Source: an uncultured Spirochaetota bacterium (GTDB taxonomy: Bacteria > Spirochaetota > Brevinematia > Brevinematales > JAOACQ01). Taken from it: a DNA stretch of 64,000 bases. Below are positions 38,640-47,422 of this stretch, in pieces. The stretch is taken from the NCBI GenBank assembly GCA_963768055.1, contig CAVYGN010000001.1, positions 1,504,001-1,568,000 on the forward strand, in the 5' to 3' direction. The notes under the pieces were generated by a model. That model was not told the origin of the DNA and searched no databases. It worked only from the letters and a program-made list of their open reading frames with translations. Numbering within the stretch: position 1 is the first letter of the stretch; the number at the start of each line of letters is the position of its first letter. The position numbers and the translations under genes are program-made.

Positions 38640-39760
38640 TACTTGACCTTTTGATAATATGATGCGGCTAAACCATTAAGAATTTCCACTCCTTTTTTTA
38701 AAACTTCGTCTTTTGTCGCGAAGCACAGGCGGAAATTTGTGTTGACTTCTGAAAATACGTTGCCCGGGATTATAAGGACTTTGTTCTTTATCGCAAGTTC
38801 GACAAAATCCGTTACATTTCCGCCCTTTAACTCCGGGAACATATAAAAAGCCCCTGAAGGTTTGACGATATTGAAGCTGTCTTTCAGGCCGTTGTAAATA
38901 ATGTCGCGTTTTTTTGCATAGCCCTCGCGAAATTCGGACATATCAATGTCGAGAGCGGCGACCGCAGCGTATTGAAAAGGCGCTGGAGCGCAAACAAAGG
39001 AATATTGCTGAATTTTTATCATCTGGGCTATTAAATCGCTGTTGCCTACAGCATAGCCCAGCCTCCATCCAGTCATTGCATAGGTTTTTGAAAACCCTCC
39101 AAGAATGAGTATGTTATCATAATGCTGCGCCGGGCTTATAAACGCATTGTCGTAAACAAAGCCGTCATATATTTCATCTGTGATCAAAAGCAGGTTTTTT
39201 TCCCTGGCAACCTTAATGACGGTTTCGAGGTCTTTATTATCGTATACATAACCCGTGGGATTGGAAGGACTGTTAATAATGATCGCTTTGGCAGCAGGGC
39301 TTATCGCGTCTCTTAAAGTTTTCTCGTTTATCCTGAAATCCGGATAGGTGCTGACGATTACAGGTTTAGCGTCTAGCAGCCTTGCCAGGTGTTTATACAT
39401 GGCAAAGTATGGATCGAAAAATACGATTTCATCGCCCGGATCAAGAATTGACATAAGCGCAAGCAGTAAACCGCCCGATGTACCGGAAGTGATGATCACC
39501 TCGTTTGAAGAAAATTTCCTGTTCCTGGTTTTTTCAATATAGGCAAGGACCTTTTCCCTTAATTCCCCGATGCCCTGGGTCAGCGTATACCTGTTAAATC
39601 CTTTCCTTATAGCGTCGATAGCGACTTCCTTCAAGACGTCAGGGACATCAAAATCAGGCTGGCCGATACTGAAATCGATGGGATTTTCTATCATCGATGC
39701 CAGTTCAAAAACCTTCCTGATCCCTGAAGAATCAACCCGTTTGGCTCTTTCTGAAATCAT
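38639..39760 (-). CDS. PLP-dependent aminotransferase class I/II
   Basis: IGQPDF, NSPSNPTG, DEIY, GFSKTYAMTGWRLG. Confidence 0.95.
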   Translation of the reverse strand: MISERAKRVDSSGIRKVFELASMIENPIDFSIGQPDFDVPDVLKEVAIDAIRKGFNRYTLTQGIGELREKVLAYIEKTRNRKFSSNEVIITSGTSGGLLLALMSILDPGDEIVFFDPYFAMYKHLARLLDAKPVIVSTYPDFRINEKTLRDAISPAAKAIIINSPSNPTGYVYDNKDLETVIKVAREKNLLLITDEIYDGFVYDNAFISPAQHYDNILILGGFSKTYAMTGWRLGYAVGNSDLIAQMIKIQQYSFVCAPAPFQYAAVAALDIDMSEFREGYAKKRDIIYNGLKDSFNIVKPSGAFYMFPELKGGNVTDFVELAIKNKVLIIPGNVFSEVNTNFRLCFATKDEVLKKGVEILNGLAASYYQKVK

Positions 39761-39878
39761 ATCCGCTCCCAGATTTTCATTTTTTAATTTATTATTCTAT
39801 TTCATTTTCCAAATAAAATCAATTTACAGAACTGCGGGGTAAAATTTCACAGGAAGGAACACAGAGTAACAGAGAGGT

Positions 39879-39941
39879 TGTCATTTCGAGGAGCCCGGCA
39901 GGGCGACGAGAAATCTTCCCAAAACGCTCCTCGAAATGACA
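39879..39941. repeat. GTCATTTCGAG-type palindromic repeat, full copy
   Basis: Perfect 16-bp inverted repeat TGTCATTTCGAGGAGC / GCTCCTCGAAATGACA. Confidence 0.85.
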
Positions 39942-40006
39942 TCTTTACATATGGTTTCTTGGAATTATTCCTTGATTTATCTCTGTTTTCAAAATAAAAT
40001 AAGATT

Positions 40007-40624
40007 ATGCTGAAAATGATTTTCGATTACTTCATTACATTGCTCGTTATTATCGATCCGTCTGTGTCTCTTGTAATCCTGCTCGCTCTCCTTCCGCAAT
40101 CGACAGATAAAAACACAGCAAGGATAGCATTAAAATCATCCCTTGCAGTCCTCATAGGATGTTCCGTCTGCATTCTTCTCGGCACCCTGGTTCTTCAGAT
40201 TTTCGGGGTCAATTTCTCGTCGTTCAAGGTCATAGGGGGTATTATTCTGCTGCTGCTTGCTATTCAGATGGTGCAGGCGAAGATCAGTACAACCCGCTAT
40301 ACTGAAAAAGATATTACCGAGCGCCGTCAAAAAGCCGACATATCCGTTATACCCCTTGCGATCCCGGGAACACTCGGCCCCGGCACGATTACCACCCTGT
40401 TTATTTACCGCAGCCAGGCGGATTGGGAAGGCATTATCGCGCTTTTCATAGCGGTATTTATAAATTGCATGATTTTATATTTTGTAATTTCTTACGCAAA
40501 AAAAATTGAGAATTTTCTTGGAAAAACTATTATCAATATGATCACCCGGTTCATGGGATTGATGGTCGGCGCTATCGGAGTCCAATTCATAATCTCGGGT
40601 TCAAAGGAATTGTGGCTGAAATAG
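40007..40624 (+). CDS. MarC family membrane protein
   Basis: IIDP, PLAIPGTLGPGTI, TRFMGL. Confidence 0.92.
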   Translation: MLKMIFDYFITLLVIIDPSVSLVILLALLPQSTDKNTARIALKSSLAVLIGCSVCILLGTLVLQIFGVNFSSFKVIGGIILLLLAIQMVQAKISTTRYTEKDITERRQKADISVIPLAIPGTLGPGTITTLFIYRSQADWEGIIALFIAVFINCMILYFVISYAKKIENFLGKTIINMITRFMGLMVGAIGVQFIISGSKELWLK

Positions 40625-40688
40625 TCGGCAGTCTACGCTGATGACTGCTGACTTTCGACTGTTGATTCTGTGCCTGACTCTAATTTTC

Positions 40689-40717
40689 TTGATTTTTTAA
40701 TATGGTTTTATTATAAT
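40689..40717 (+). promoter_or_regulatory. sigma70 promoter for tRNA-Asn
   Basis: TTGATT-17bp-TATAAT. Confidence 0.6.
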
Positions 40718-40770
40718 ATTTAATCATAAAGGGCGGTTCCTGCTAAGTTTATTCCGATCGCCCTAGTCTT

Positions 40771-40843
40771 TCCCCTGTAGCTCAGTTGGCAGAGCAGGTG
40801 ACTGTTAATCACCGGGCCGTAGGTTCGAGCCCTACCGGGGGAG
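40771..40843 (+). tRNA. tRNA-Asn(GTT); CCA not encoded
   Basis: Cloverleaf: TCCCCTG/CGGGGGA acceptor stem, GGTGA-CTGTTAA-TCACC anticodon arm, GTTCGAG T loop. Confidence 0.96.
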
Positions 40844-40846
40844 ATG

Positions 40847-40883
40847 AGGCCCCGCTCCTTAATCAGGGCAGGGCCTTTTTTTT
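40847..40883 (+). terminator. intrinsic terminator after the tRNA
   Basis: AGGCCCCGCTC...GGGCAGGGCCT stem followed by T8. Confidence 0.75.
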
Positions 40884-40961
40884 ATCCCGCTTCAATTCAA
40901 TTTTCATGGATTCCGGGGCCGATAATTTTATTTGAATCTCTCTCCCTCTTAGGAGGTTTTT

Positions 40962-41957
40962 TTGGTATATCTGAGATCGACATTGAGGTATTTCCTTACA
41001 TTCCTGAGAATTACGTTTTTATTGTGCGTTTTGCTGCTGATCTGCTTGTTTTCAGGAGCTATTTCCCTCAAATCTCAGGGCGATCCTGCATTTTTTATCG
41101 ATTCGCTGAAAAATTACGGTATAATCATTATCAGGATAATGCCTTTTATAATAATTCTGTCAAGCCTCATTTTTTTTTCAAATATTTCAAAGACCGCCGC
41201 CAAGCCATTCCTTATAACTATGATACCCTTCCTGACAATTTTCAACACTTTAATCCTCTGCCTGTCTTTTTTTATCAGCGCCGATTTCAGGGAATTCGAT
41301 GGACAGGCTCGCACCTATTATTACCCGGAACTGGCTCCTGATGCGGTCAATAATTTGGGGGAATATAAAATTGTTATGAAAGGGGGCGGAAATAAAGGGG
41401 TGTTATTCTATAATAATGCCTACCTTTTTAAAAATTTTAAATTAGTAAACGGCAACATCTCCCTGGATACCGGAACTGCGATTTTAGATTCTTCGTTAAC
41501 GCCTTCTTATACTCATTACAGTTTTCCTTCCGGATTGGAGGCAATCGGACTTGAGAAAACCGGAATTTCAGATTATGTAATAAAAAATTTTCTTGATGCT
41601 TCAAGGAACCTTCCTGTTATTTTTTCAGGATTAAGCACAGGAAGCAGTATTGCCGCCCTGATAATATCGTTTTTATTCATGAACCTGGGGTTTTTCGCCA
41701 TGGCCTGTTCATTCGCCGTCTTTTTTAATGATAAACAAACAATTCTTCTTTCATGGTCGGTCATTGTATTGTTATCGGCTGTATTATTTTTAATCCTGCC
41801 CCAATATTTCATTCTCATATCGATAATTAAATCCGGGATAAGAAACGCCCAATTTAAATTGATTCTTCCCAGCATTTTCGTAGGCCTGCCCGGCGGTCTT
41901 ATCGGTTATATCCTGATAGGGCTAAAAATGCCGGGACCAGGCAGGAAGGCCGCCTGA
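40962..41957 (+). CDS. membrane protein (3TM-soluble domain-3TM)
   Basis: Hydropathy pattern; AGGAGG RBS with TTG start. Confidence 0.7.
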   Translation: MVYLRSTLRYFLTFLRITFLLCVLLLICLFSGAISLKSQGDPAFFIDSLKNYGIIIIRIMPFIIILSSLIFFSNISKTAAKPFLITMIPFLTIFNTLILCLSFFISADFREFDGQARTYYYPELAPDAVNNLGEYKIVMKGGGNKGVLFYNNAYLFKNFKLVNGNISLDTGTAILDSSLTPSYTHYSFPSGLEAIGLEKTGISDYVIKNFLDASRNLPVIFSGLSTGSSIAALIISFLFMNLGFFAMACSFAVFFNDKQTILLSWSVIVLLSAVLFLILPQYFILISIIKSGIRNAQFKLILPSIFVGLPGGLIGYILIGLKMPGPGRKAA

Positions 41958-42991
41958 TGAAAAAATTAAGGAGTTTTATAGGACTTTTTTTTGTACTGGC
42001 GATTTTTGTTATAATATTCTCATTTATCTACTATTTCCTTATTGAAAAAATACAATCCGTATGGCTTGTGTTTTATATATCGAAGTCGGTTTTATTTTAT
42101 CTGCCAGTCTTATCATCCCTGTCCATTTTGTGGCCGTTAGTATTCAGGGATATTTCGGAAGGTTCTTACAGGGGAAAAAGTTCCAGTTTAAATTATAAAG
42201 TTACTGTTTTCATATTCCTCGTTATTTGTTCGGCTTTTCTGTACCAGGAAGCCGCTGTGCCGGCTATTTACAATTCGATAAGTTTTAGCAAAATAATGAA
42301 ATCAAAAGGAATTACCCCGCAGAAAGCTGTTAAATTTTCAGAAGGGGATAAATTCAGCATGACCGAATTCAATAATCTTGGAGCGTTGAGAATGAGGTCG
42401 AACATAGCTTTTTCCGCCGGGACATCCTATATTTATTTTGGAAAAATGTACGATGGAAACGGGCCTTATTTTATCGAAGGATTTCGCTTCATAAATTATA
42501 AACCCTCCAATGAACCGGATTATATAATTACTTCCGAATATGCTAAAATTATAGACGATCTGATTTATGTTGTCAGCCCCTACTATTTCGAATATTCAGG
42601 CCAGGCTGTTAAAAATGTAAAAAGAATTGAAGGGGTCAAGACCATTGTCCTTCCATACAGGCCGGCAGGAATATTTGCCCTTTCATCGGAAAATATACCG
42701 GAGACCGTGAGTTTGATTGATGTTTTGTTTTATAACGATTACTCTTTCAATGCCGGTATCAATTTCCGATCTCTCGGCAATATAATTTTCAACAGGATCG
42801 GGTATTATATAATACTTGTCCTTATGCTGATAATCTCTTCGACTTTCGGTTCCGCTTTTAAAAACATGAGAATGCTGAAAGGGGAATACCTAAAGACCGC
42901 CGCGTTTTATTTAATATCGTTTTTTTTCGTATCGCTCTGCTACGATACGCTCGCCGAGGCTTTTGCCATGATATACAGCCTTCTTATTTAA
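41957..42991 (+). CDS. membrane protein (TM-soluble beta domain-TM)
   Basis: Hydropathy pattern; translationally coupled to the previous gene. Confidence 0.7.
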   Translation: MKKLRSFIGLFFVLAIFVIIFSFIYYFLIEKIQSVWLVFYISKSVLFYLPVLSSLSILWPLVFRDISEGSYRGKSSSLNYKVTVFIFLVICSAFLYQEAAVPAIYNSISFSKIMKSKGITPQKAVKFSEGDKFSMTEFNNLGALRMRSNIAFSAGTSYIYFGKMYDGNGPYFIEGFRFINYKPSNEPDYIITSEYAKIIDDLIYVVSPYYFEYSGQAVKNVKRIEGVKTIVLPYRPAGIFALSSENIPETVSLIDVLFYNDYSFNAGINFRSLGNIIFNRIGYYIILVLMLIISSTFGSAFKNMRMLKGEYLKTAAFYLISFFFVSLCYDTLAEAFAMIYSLLI

Positions 42992-43013
42992 TTATGGAAA
43001 AGGATAGCCTGAT

Positions 43014-43421
43014 ATGCATACTTTATTGATCACATTGATACTCTCGTCAAATGTAATGAACATTGAAATCGCATCTACAAGGGCGCAGAAAGAAACAGGG
43101 CTTATGAACAGAAGGTCCTGGAACGGAACGGACGGTATGCTCTTTATAAATAAAAATCCGATGTTCGCATCTTATTGGATGAAAAATACATATCTCAATC
43201 TGACAATGTATTTCATGGACACAGATCTTAACATACTTGAGGTTTACAATCCTGTGCCGCAGTCTACTGAAATAATAAGCTCGGCTTCAGATAAAATACA
43301 GTATGTACTTGAACTTAACCCTCTTCTTACGAACATCCTGAGGGATTCTTACGCTGTCTTCCGGAAAAAGCTGAAAGAAAAACTGACAGACTTAAAAAGT
43401 GTAATAAATCCGGAAGACTGA
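43014..43421 (+). CDS. DUF192 family protein
   Basis: EIA...GLMNR, GMLF, YWMKNT, VLELN. Confidence 0.85.
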   Translation: MHTLLITLILSSNVMNIEIASTRAQKETGLMNRRSWNGTDGMLFINKNPMFASYWMKNTYLNLTMYFMDTDLNILEVYNPVPQSTEIISSASDKIQYVLELNPLLTNILRDSYAVFRKKLKEKLTDLKSVINPED

Positions 43422-43425
43422 GACC

Positions 43426-44052
43426 CTATCTTGTAAAGTAAAGATTTACTTTCTTTGTCGTATCCGCTATCTTCATTTTCCCCTTGGTGTCTACATACCC
43501 GGAGTAAAAAGAGGTGGTAAGATAATACTTGTTCCCGACATCGCCGGCTATATGTTTGTCCTTGTTGATGATCAGGTAAACGTCCGAATCCGCTTTTTTA
43601 CCTGAACTCGTTACACCGCAAAAATCTTCATTGTTGGTCGTTAAATCCACCGTCTCGGTCACTTCCCCGTTTACTTCCTTTTCGTAGATGAAATCCTTCG
43701 ATACCGGATAGTAAGTATAATATTCCACCATGTCCGAATACTCGAATTTTACGGCATACCAGACTTTAACATCGTAAGTAATCGAATTATCGAGAAGTAT
43801 GTCGACCCTCAGGTAATCCTTGTCGAAACACGATATCGCCCCCTTTATATCGACCTCCGGGGCGTTATCAACTTTGACCTCGGTAGCAAGCTCATCGTCG
43901 GGAGAAATAACCCAGTCGCTGGCTGTATATGGATCGTTCACATCCGATACTTCATCAGCGTTCTTTGACGGAAGACCCCTCGGCATAACAAAAGCGGGTA
44001 TAAAAAATAGAACCGCAGCGACAACTAAAATTAACCTCATACTCTTTCCCAT
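43426..44052 (-). CDS. exported hypothetical protein
   Basis: Signal peptide; AGGAGG RBS before ATG 44052; acidic and beta-rich. Confidence 0.7.
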   Translation of the reverse strand: MGKSMRLILVVAAVLFFIPAFVMPRGLPSKNADEVSDVNDPYTASDWVISPDDELATEVKVDNAPEVDIKGAISCFDKDYLRVDILLDNSITYDVKVWYAVKFEYSDMVEYYTYYPVSKDFIYEKEVNGEVTETVDLTTNNEDFCGVTSSGKKADSDVYLIINKDKHIAGDVGNKYYLTTSFYSGYVDTKGKMKIADTTKKVNLYFTR

Positions 44053-44188
44053 ACAGCACCTCCTATAAATCGGCAATCATTTAAAAAATATGCCGCTCCT
44101 TAACTCAATATATAGTAAATAATATCATATAACATAATTTAAGCAAGGATTTTTTTTTAATCAATAGAATTTAAAAATAATTTATAAA

Positions 44189-44314
44189 GGGCGGTTCCAA
44201 AAACTAACTTTGTTAGTAATAAAAGATGTTCTAATCATAATGAAACCGCCCAATGGGTACTACCTTGCCCGATGAAAAGGCTATGTCCTGTAAGGAGGTT
44301 TTTTAGAAGTGCCC
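44189..44314. mobile_element. MITE copy M5 (opposite orientation)
   Basis: TAAA|GGGCGGTTCCAAAAACTAA...TTAGAAGTGCCC|TAAA; reverse complement resembles M1/M2. Confidence 0.85.
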
Positions 44315-44366
44315 TAAATTTACAAAATGCAGAGGCGGGAATTGCGATTTTCGAAATAAATGCGAA

Positions 44367-45425
44367 TCATTCCTGCTGGAATAGATCTATTTCCTCGAGA
44401 AGAGCTGCAAGTATGCCGGCTTTGGATATTTTCCTCACCAGGGTGCCTTTTTTAAAAAGTACAGCGCCCTTCGTCCCGACGGCGATTCCGATGTCGGCTT
44501 CGGCGGCTTCACCGGGCCCGTTGACGGTGCACCCCATTACGGCGACTTTCATGTATTTTTTTAAGCCCTTTGTTTTTTTTGCCAGGTCGTTAACGACTTC
44601 CTCCACATCGAATTCATGCCTGGCGCAAACAGGGCAGGATATGATTTCTATTCCTTCACTCCGGAGACCCAGGACCCTGAGCAGAGTTTTTGCCACCTCG
44701 ACCTCTTTTACCGGATCGCCTGTGATAGAGATCCGGATAGTATCGCCTATTCCGTCCAGAAGCAGCGCTCCGATCCCGGCCGAACTCTTTATTAGCGCCT
44801 GTTCGTATCCCCCCGCTTCCGTCACTCCAAGATGAAGGGGATAATCCTTCCTGTCGGAAAAAATCCGGTAAGCTTCTACCATTACCCTGACATTCGACGA
44901 TTTGAGAGAAACTTTGATATCCTTAAAACCCGTTTCTTCAAGCAGGCCGATATGTCCCATTGCTGAATCGACCAGAGCTTCGGCCGTCGGATGCTGATAT
45001 TTTTTCCTGTCTATCGAACCCCCGTTAACGCCGATCCTGATGGGAATGTTTTTATTCATGCAGGCCCTTACAACCTCTTTTACTTCATCGCTGTTACGGA
45101 GGTTTCCCGGATTGATCCTCAGGGCATCCGCCCCGGATTCTATTGAGTTTAAAGCCAGCCTGTAGTCAAAATGAATATCTGCTACGAGAGGAATATCTAC
45201 GAATTTTTTTATCTCTTTGATAGATTCGGCGGATTTACTGTCCGGAATTCCGAGCCTGACTATATCGCACCCGGCTCTTATAAGCCTTTTAATTTCCCTT
45301 ACGGTGGAACGAACATCATCCGTACGCGCTGTCGTCATGGATTGTACCGATATCGGCGACAGTCCGCCCACTTTTACATTCCCGATCGTTACCTGCTTTG
45401 TAATTTTCCTGCGGGGCTTATTCAT
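44367..45425 (-). CDS. ispG: (E)-4-hydroxy-3-methylbut-2-enyl-diphosphate synthase
   Basis: SVQSMT, PLVADIHFD, RINPGN, HLGVTEAG, SCPVCAR, MGCTVNGPGEA. Confidence 0.97.
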   Translation of the reverse strand: MNKPRRKITKQVTIGNVKVGGLSPISVQSMTTARTDDVRSTVREIKRLIRAGCDIVRLGIPDSKSAESIKEIKKFVDIPLVADIHFDYRLALNSIESGADALRINPGNLRNSDEVKEVVRACMNKNIPIRIGVNGGSIDRKKYQHPTAEALVDSAMGHIGLLEETGFKDIKVSLKSSNVRVMVEAYRIFSDRKDYPLHLGVTEAGGYEQALIKSSAGIGALLLDGIGDTIRISITGDPVKEVEVAKTLLRVLGLRSEGIEIISCPVCARHEFDVEEVVNDLAKKTKGLKKYMKVAVMGCTVNGPGEAAEADIGIAVGTKGAVLFKKGTLVRKISKAGILAALLEEIDLFQQE

Positions 45426-46137
45426 ATTTCATGGCTTCGGAAAGCTTGAAACGTCCTTCATACAGGGCCTTGCCGATTATTACACCTTTTAAGCCCATGG
45501 GTTCATATTCTTTGAGTTTTTTTATATCCTCAAGGGTCGATACGCCCCCTGAAATAATTATAGGAATATCGGTAACTGTAAGCATTGTCTCGACCGCATC
45601 GTAATTCGGGCCTTCCAGCGTACCGTCGCGCATTATATCTGTGTAAATGACTTCTTCGACGCCGTATTCTTCAAGTTCTTTAATAATATCCACAGCCCTT
45701 TTATCTGTCGTTTCCTTCCATCCGTTTTTAACAACAAAGCCGTCGGCCGCGTCTATCGCTATTATTACTCCATGCGGATCGTTTTTGCAAAGGTTCTTGA
45801 TGAACTTTTTATTATCGATGGCGGCTGTTCCTATTATTATCTTGTGAACTCCCCTGTTCTTCAGGGCTCTGATTATGCGGTTGTCCCTTATGCCGCCTCC
45901 AACCTCGATCTCGATTTTAACTTCTTCTACAATCCTCTGGATTATATCCAGATTTTTCGTTTTGCCTTCGAAAGCCCCGTCCAGATCGACTATATGAAGC
46001 CTTCTTGCCCCTTCCCTTTCCCAGTATTTTGCCTGGAAGACCGGTTCATTCGAATATACCGTTTCAAACTCCGGATTGCCGCGGACCAGCCTCACGCATT
46101 TTCTGTTTTTTATATCTATCGCCGGAATAATTAACAT
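45418..46137 (-). CDS. hisA: ProFAR isomerase HisA
   Basis: IIPAIDI, LHIVDLDGA, VGGGIR, TDIMRDGTLEGP. Confidence 0.96.
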   Translation of the reverse strand: MLIIPAIDIKNRKCVRLVRGNPEFETVYSNEPVFQAKYWEREGARRLHIVDLDGAFEGKTKNLDIIQRIVEEVKIEIEVGGGIRDNRIIRALKNRGVHKIIIGTAAIDNKKFIKNLCKNDPHGVIIAIDAADGFVVKNGWKETTDKRAVDIIKELEEYGVEEVIYTDIMRDGTLEGPNYDAVETMLTVTDIPIIISGGVSTLEDIKKLKEYEPMGLKGVIIGKALYEGRFKLSEAMKYE

Positions 46138-46172
46138 AAATTTCTCCTTTTTTAATCATTAAAAATAAAAAA

Positions 46173-46775
46173 TTATAACTTATCGAACCTTTCCAGCAGT
46201 CTTAAACCGTTCCTGTGACTTTTCTCAGGATGGTATTGGACGGCGAAAATATTTTCATTAACGATAGAAGACGCGTAAACGATTTCATATTCGGTTGTAG
46301 TAACGATTATATCCTTGTTATATGGAACCGGAAAGTAAGAGTGATCAAAATAAAAATAAGCATTATTTTCCAAAACGTCAAAAATACCCTCGTTTTTTAC
46401 AAGTGAAACCTGGTTCCAGCCTATATGGGGGACAGGAAGGGATATGTCAAGCCGGACAATTTCACCCTTAAGCACTCCAAGCCCGTTAAAAACGCCGTTT
46501 TCATAGCTTTTTTCAAAGAGAAGATGCATGCCCAGGCAAATCCCCAAAAAAGGCTTTCCGGATTTTATAGAACTCTTAATAGGATCGACAAGCGAGAACT
46601 TTTCAAGATTCTTGATTGCGTCCTCGAAAGCCCCTACGCCCGGAAGCACAAGTTTATCCGCATTCCTGACATCCTCGGGCTTTGAACTGATTCTGATGTC
46701 CGAAAAGCCGACCCTTGAGAAAGCATTGTATACGCTTGCAAGGTTTCCCATTCCGTAATCTATTATAACTGTCAT
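46173..46775 (-). CDS. hisH: imidazole glycerol phosphate synthase glutaminase subunit
   Basis: IIDYGMGNL, LPGVG, GICLGM, QYHPEKS; start ATG 46775. Confidence 0.96.
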   Translation of the reverse strand: MTVIIDYGMGNLASVYNAFSRVGFSDIRISSKPEDVRNADKLVLPGVGAFEDAIKNLEKFSLVDPIKSSIKSGKPFLGICLGMHLLFEKSYENGVFNGLGVLKGEIVRLDISLPVPHIGWNQVSLVKNEGIFDVLENNAYFYFDHSYFPVPYNKDIIVTTTEYEIVYASSIVNENIFAVQYHPEKSHRNGLRLLERFDKL

Positions 46776-46782
46776 TTTCTTT

Positions 46783-47379
46783 TCAAACCTTCTCAATATA
46801 TTCCTTTGTCGAAGGTATGGAATTTTTTGCCTTCTCGTCAATTTCGACCGCCATCCGGAGAGCCCTTGCGAACGCCTTGCATGAAGCTTCCATAATGTGG
46901 TGCAGATTGTCCCCTGTTTTGACGGTTAAATGAAGCGTATAACCCATCGAACAAAACCCTTTAAAAAAAACATCACCCAGTTCAAAATTAAAATTGCCGA
47001 TATCGCCTGCGAAATTAGACAGGTTTGTCCTGCAGAACGAGCGTCCGCTGACATCCAATACGGCTTCGACAAGAGCTTCATCAAGGGGGACAACGGCATA
47101 GCCGAAACGCTTTATCCCGGCCTTGTCCGCGAGTATTTCGCCAAGGCCCTTGCCGAGCAGGATCCCTGTATCTTCAACAAGGTGATGATAATCGACATGG
47201 ATGTCGCCGCTTGCATCGATTCTCAAATCCGTCAGGCTGTGTTTTGAAATTGTTTCCAGCATGTGATTAAAAAAACCTATGCCGGTGTTGATCTCGAAAA
47301 CCCCCGATCCGTCTATATTGATTTTTAAGTCAATGTGGGTTTCTCTGGTTTTCCTTGAAAATTCTCCAAGCCTTGCCAC
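46783..47379 (-). CDS. hisB: imidazoleglycerol-phosphate dehydratase
   Basis: RKTRET, GFFNHML, DYHHLVED, NLHHIMEA, IPSTK. Confidence 0.96.
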   Translation of the reverse strand: MARLGEFSRKTRETHIDLKINIDGSGVFEINTGIGFFNHMLETISKHSLTDLRIDASGDIHVDYHHLVEDTGILLGKGLGEILADKAGIKRFGYAVVPLDEALVEAVLDVSGRSFCRTNLSNFAGDIGNFNFELGDVFFKGFCSMGYTLHLTVKTGDNLHHIMEASCKAFARALRMAVEIDEKAKNSIPSTKEYIEKV

Positions 47380-47422
47380 ATTAAACCTCCCCCATAAATT
47401 ATTAATATGATAATATATTAAC

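Noticed and set aside
40771..40843. tRNA-Asn as an integration site
   Set aside because: No integrase and no duplicated tRNA 3' end seen in the window.
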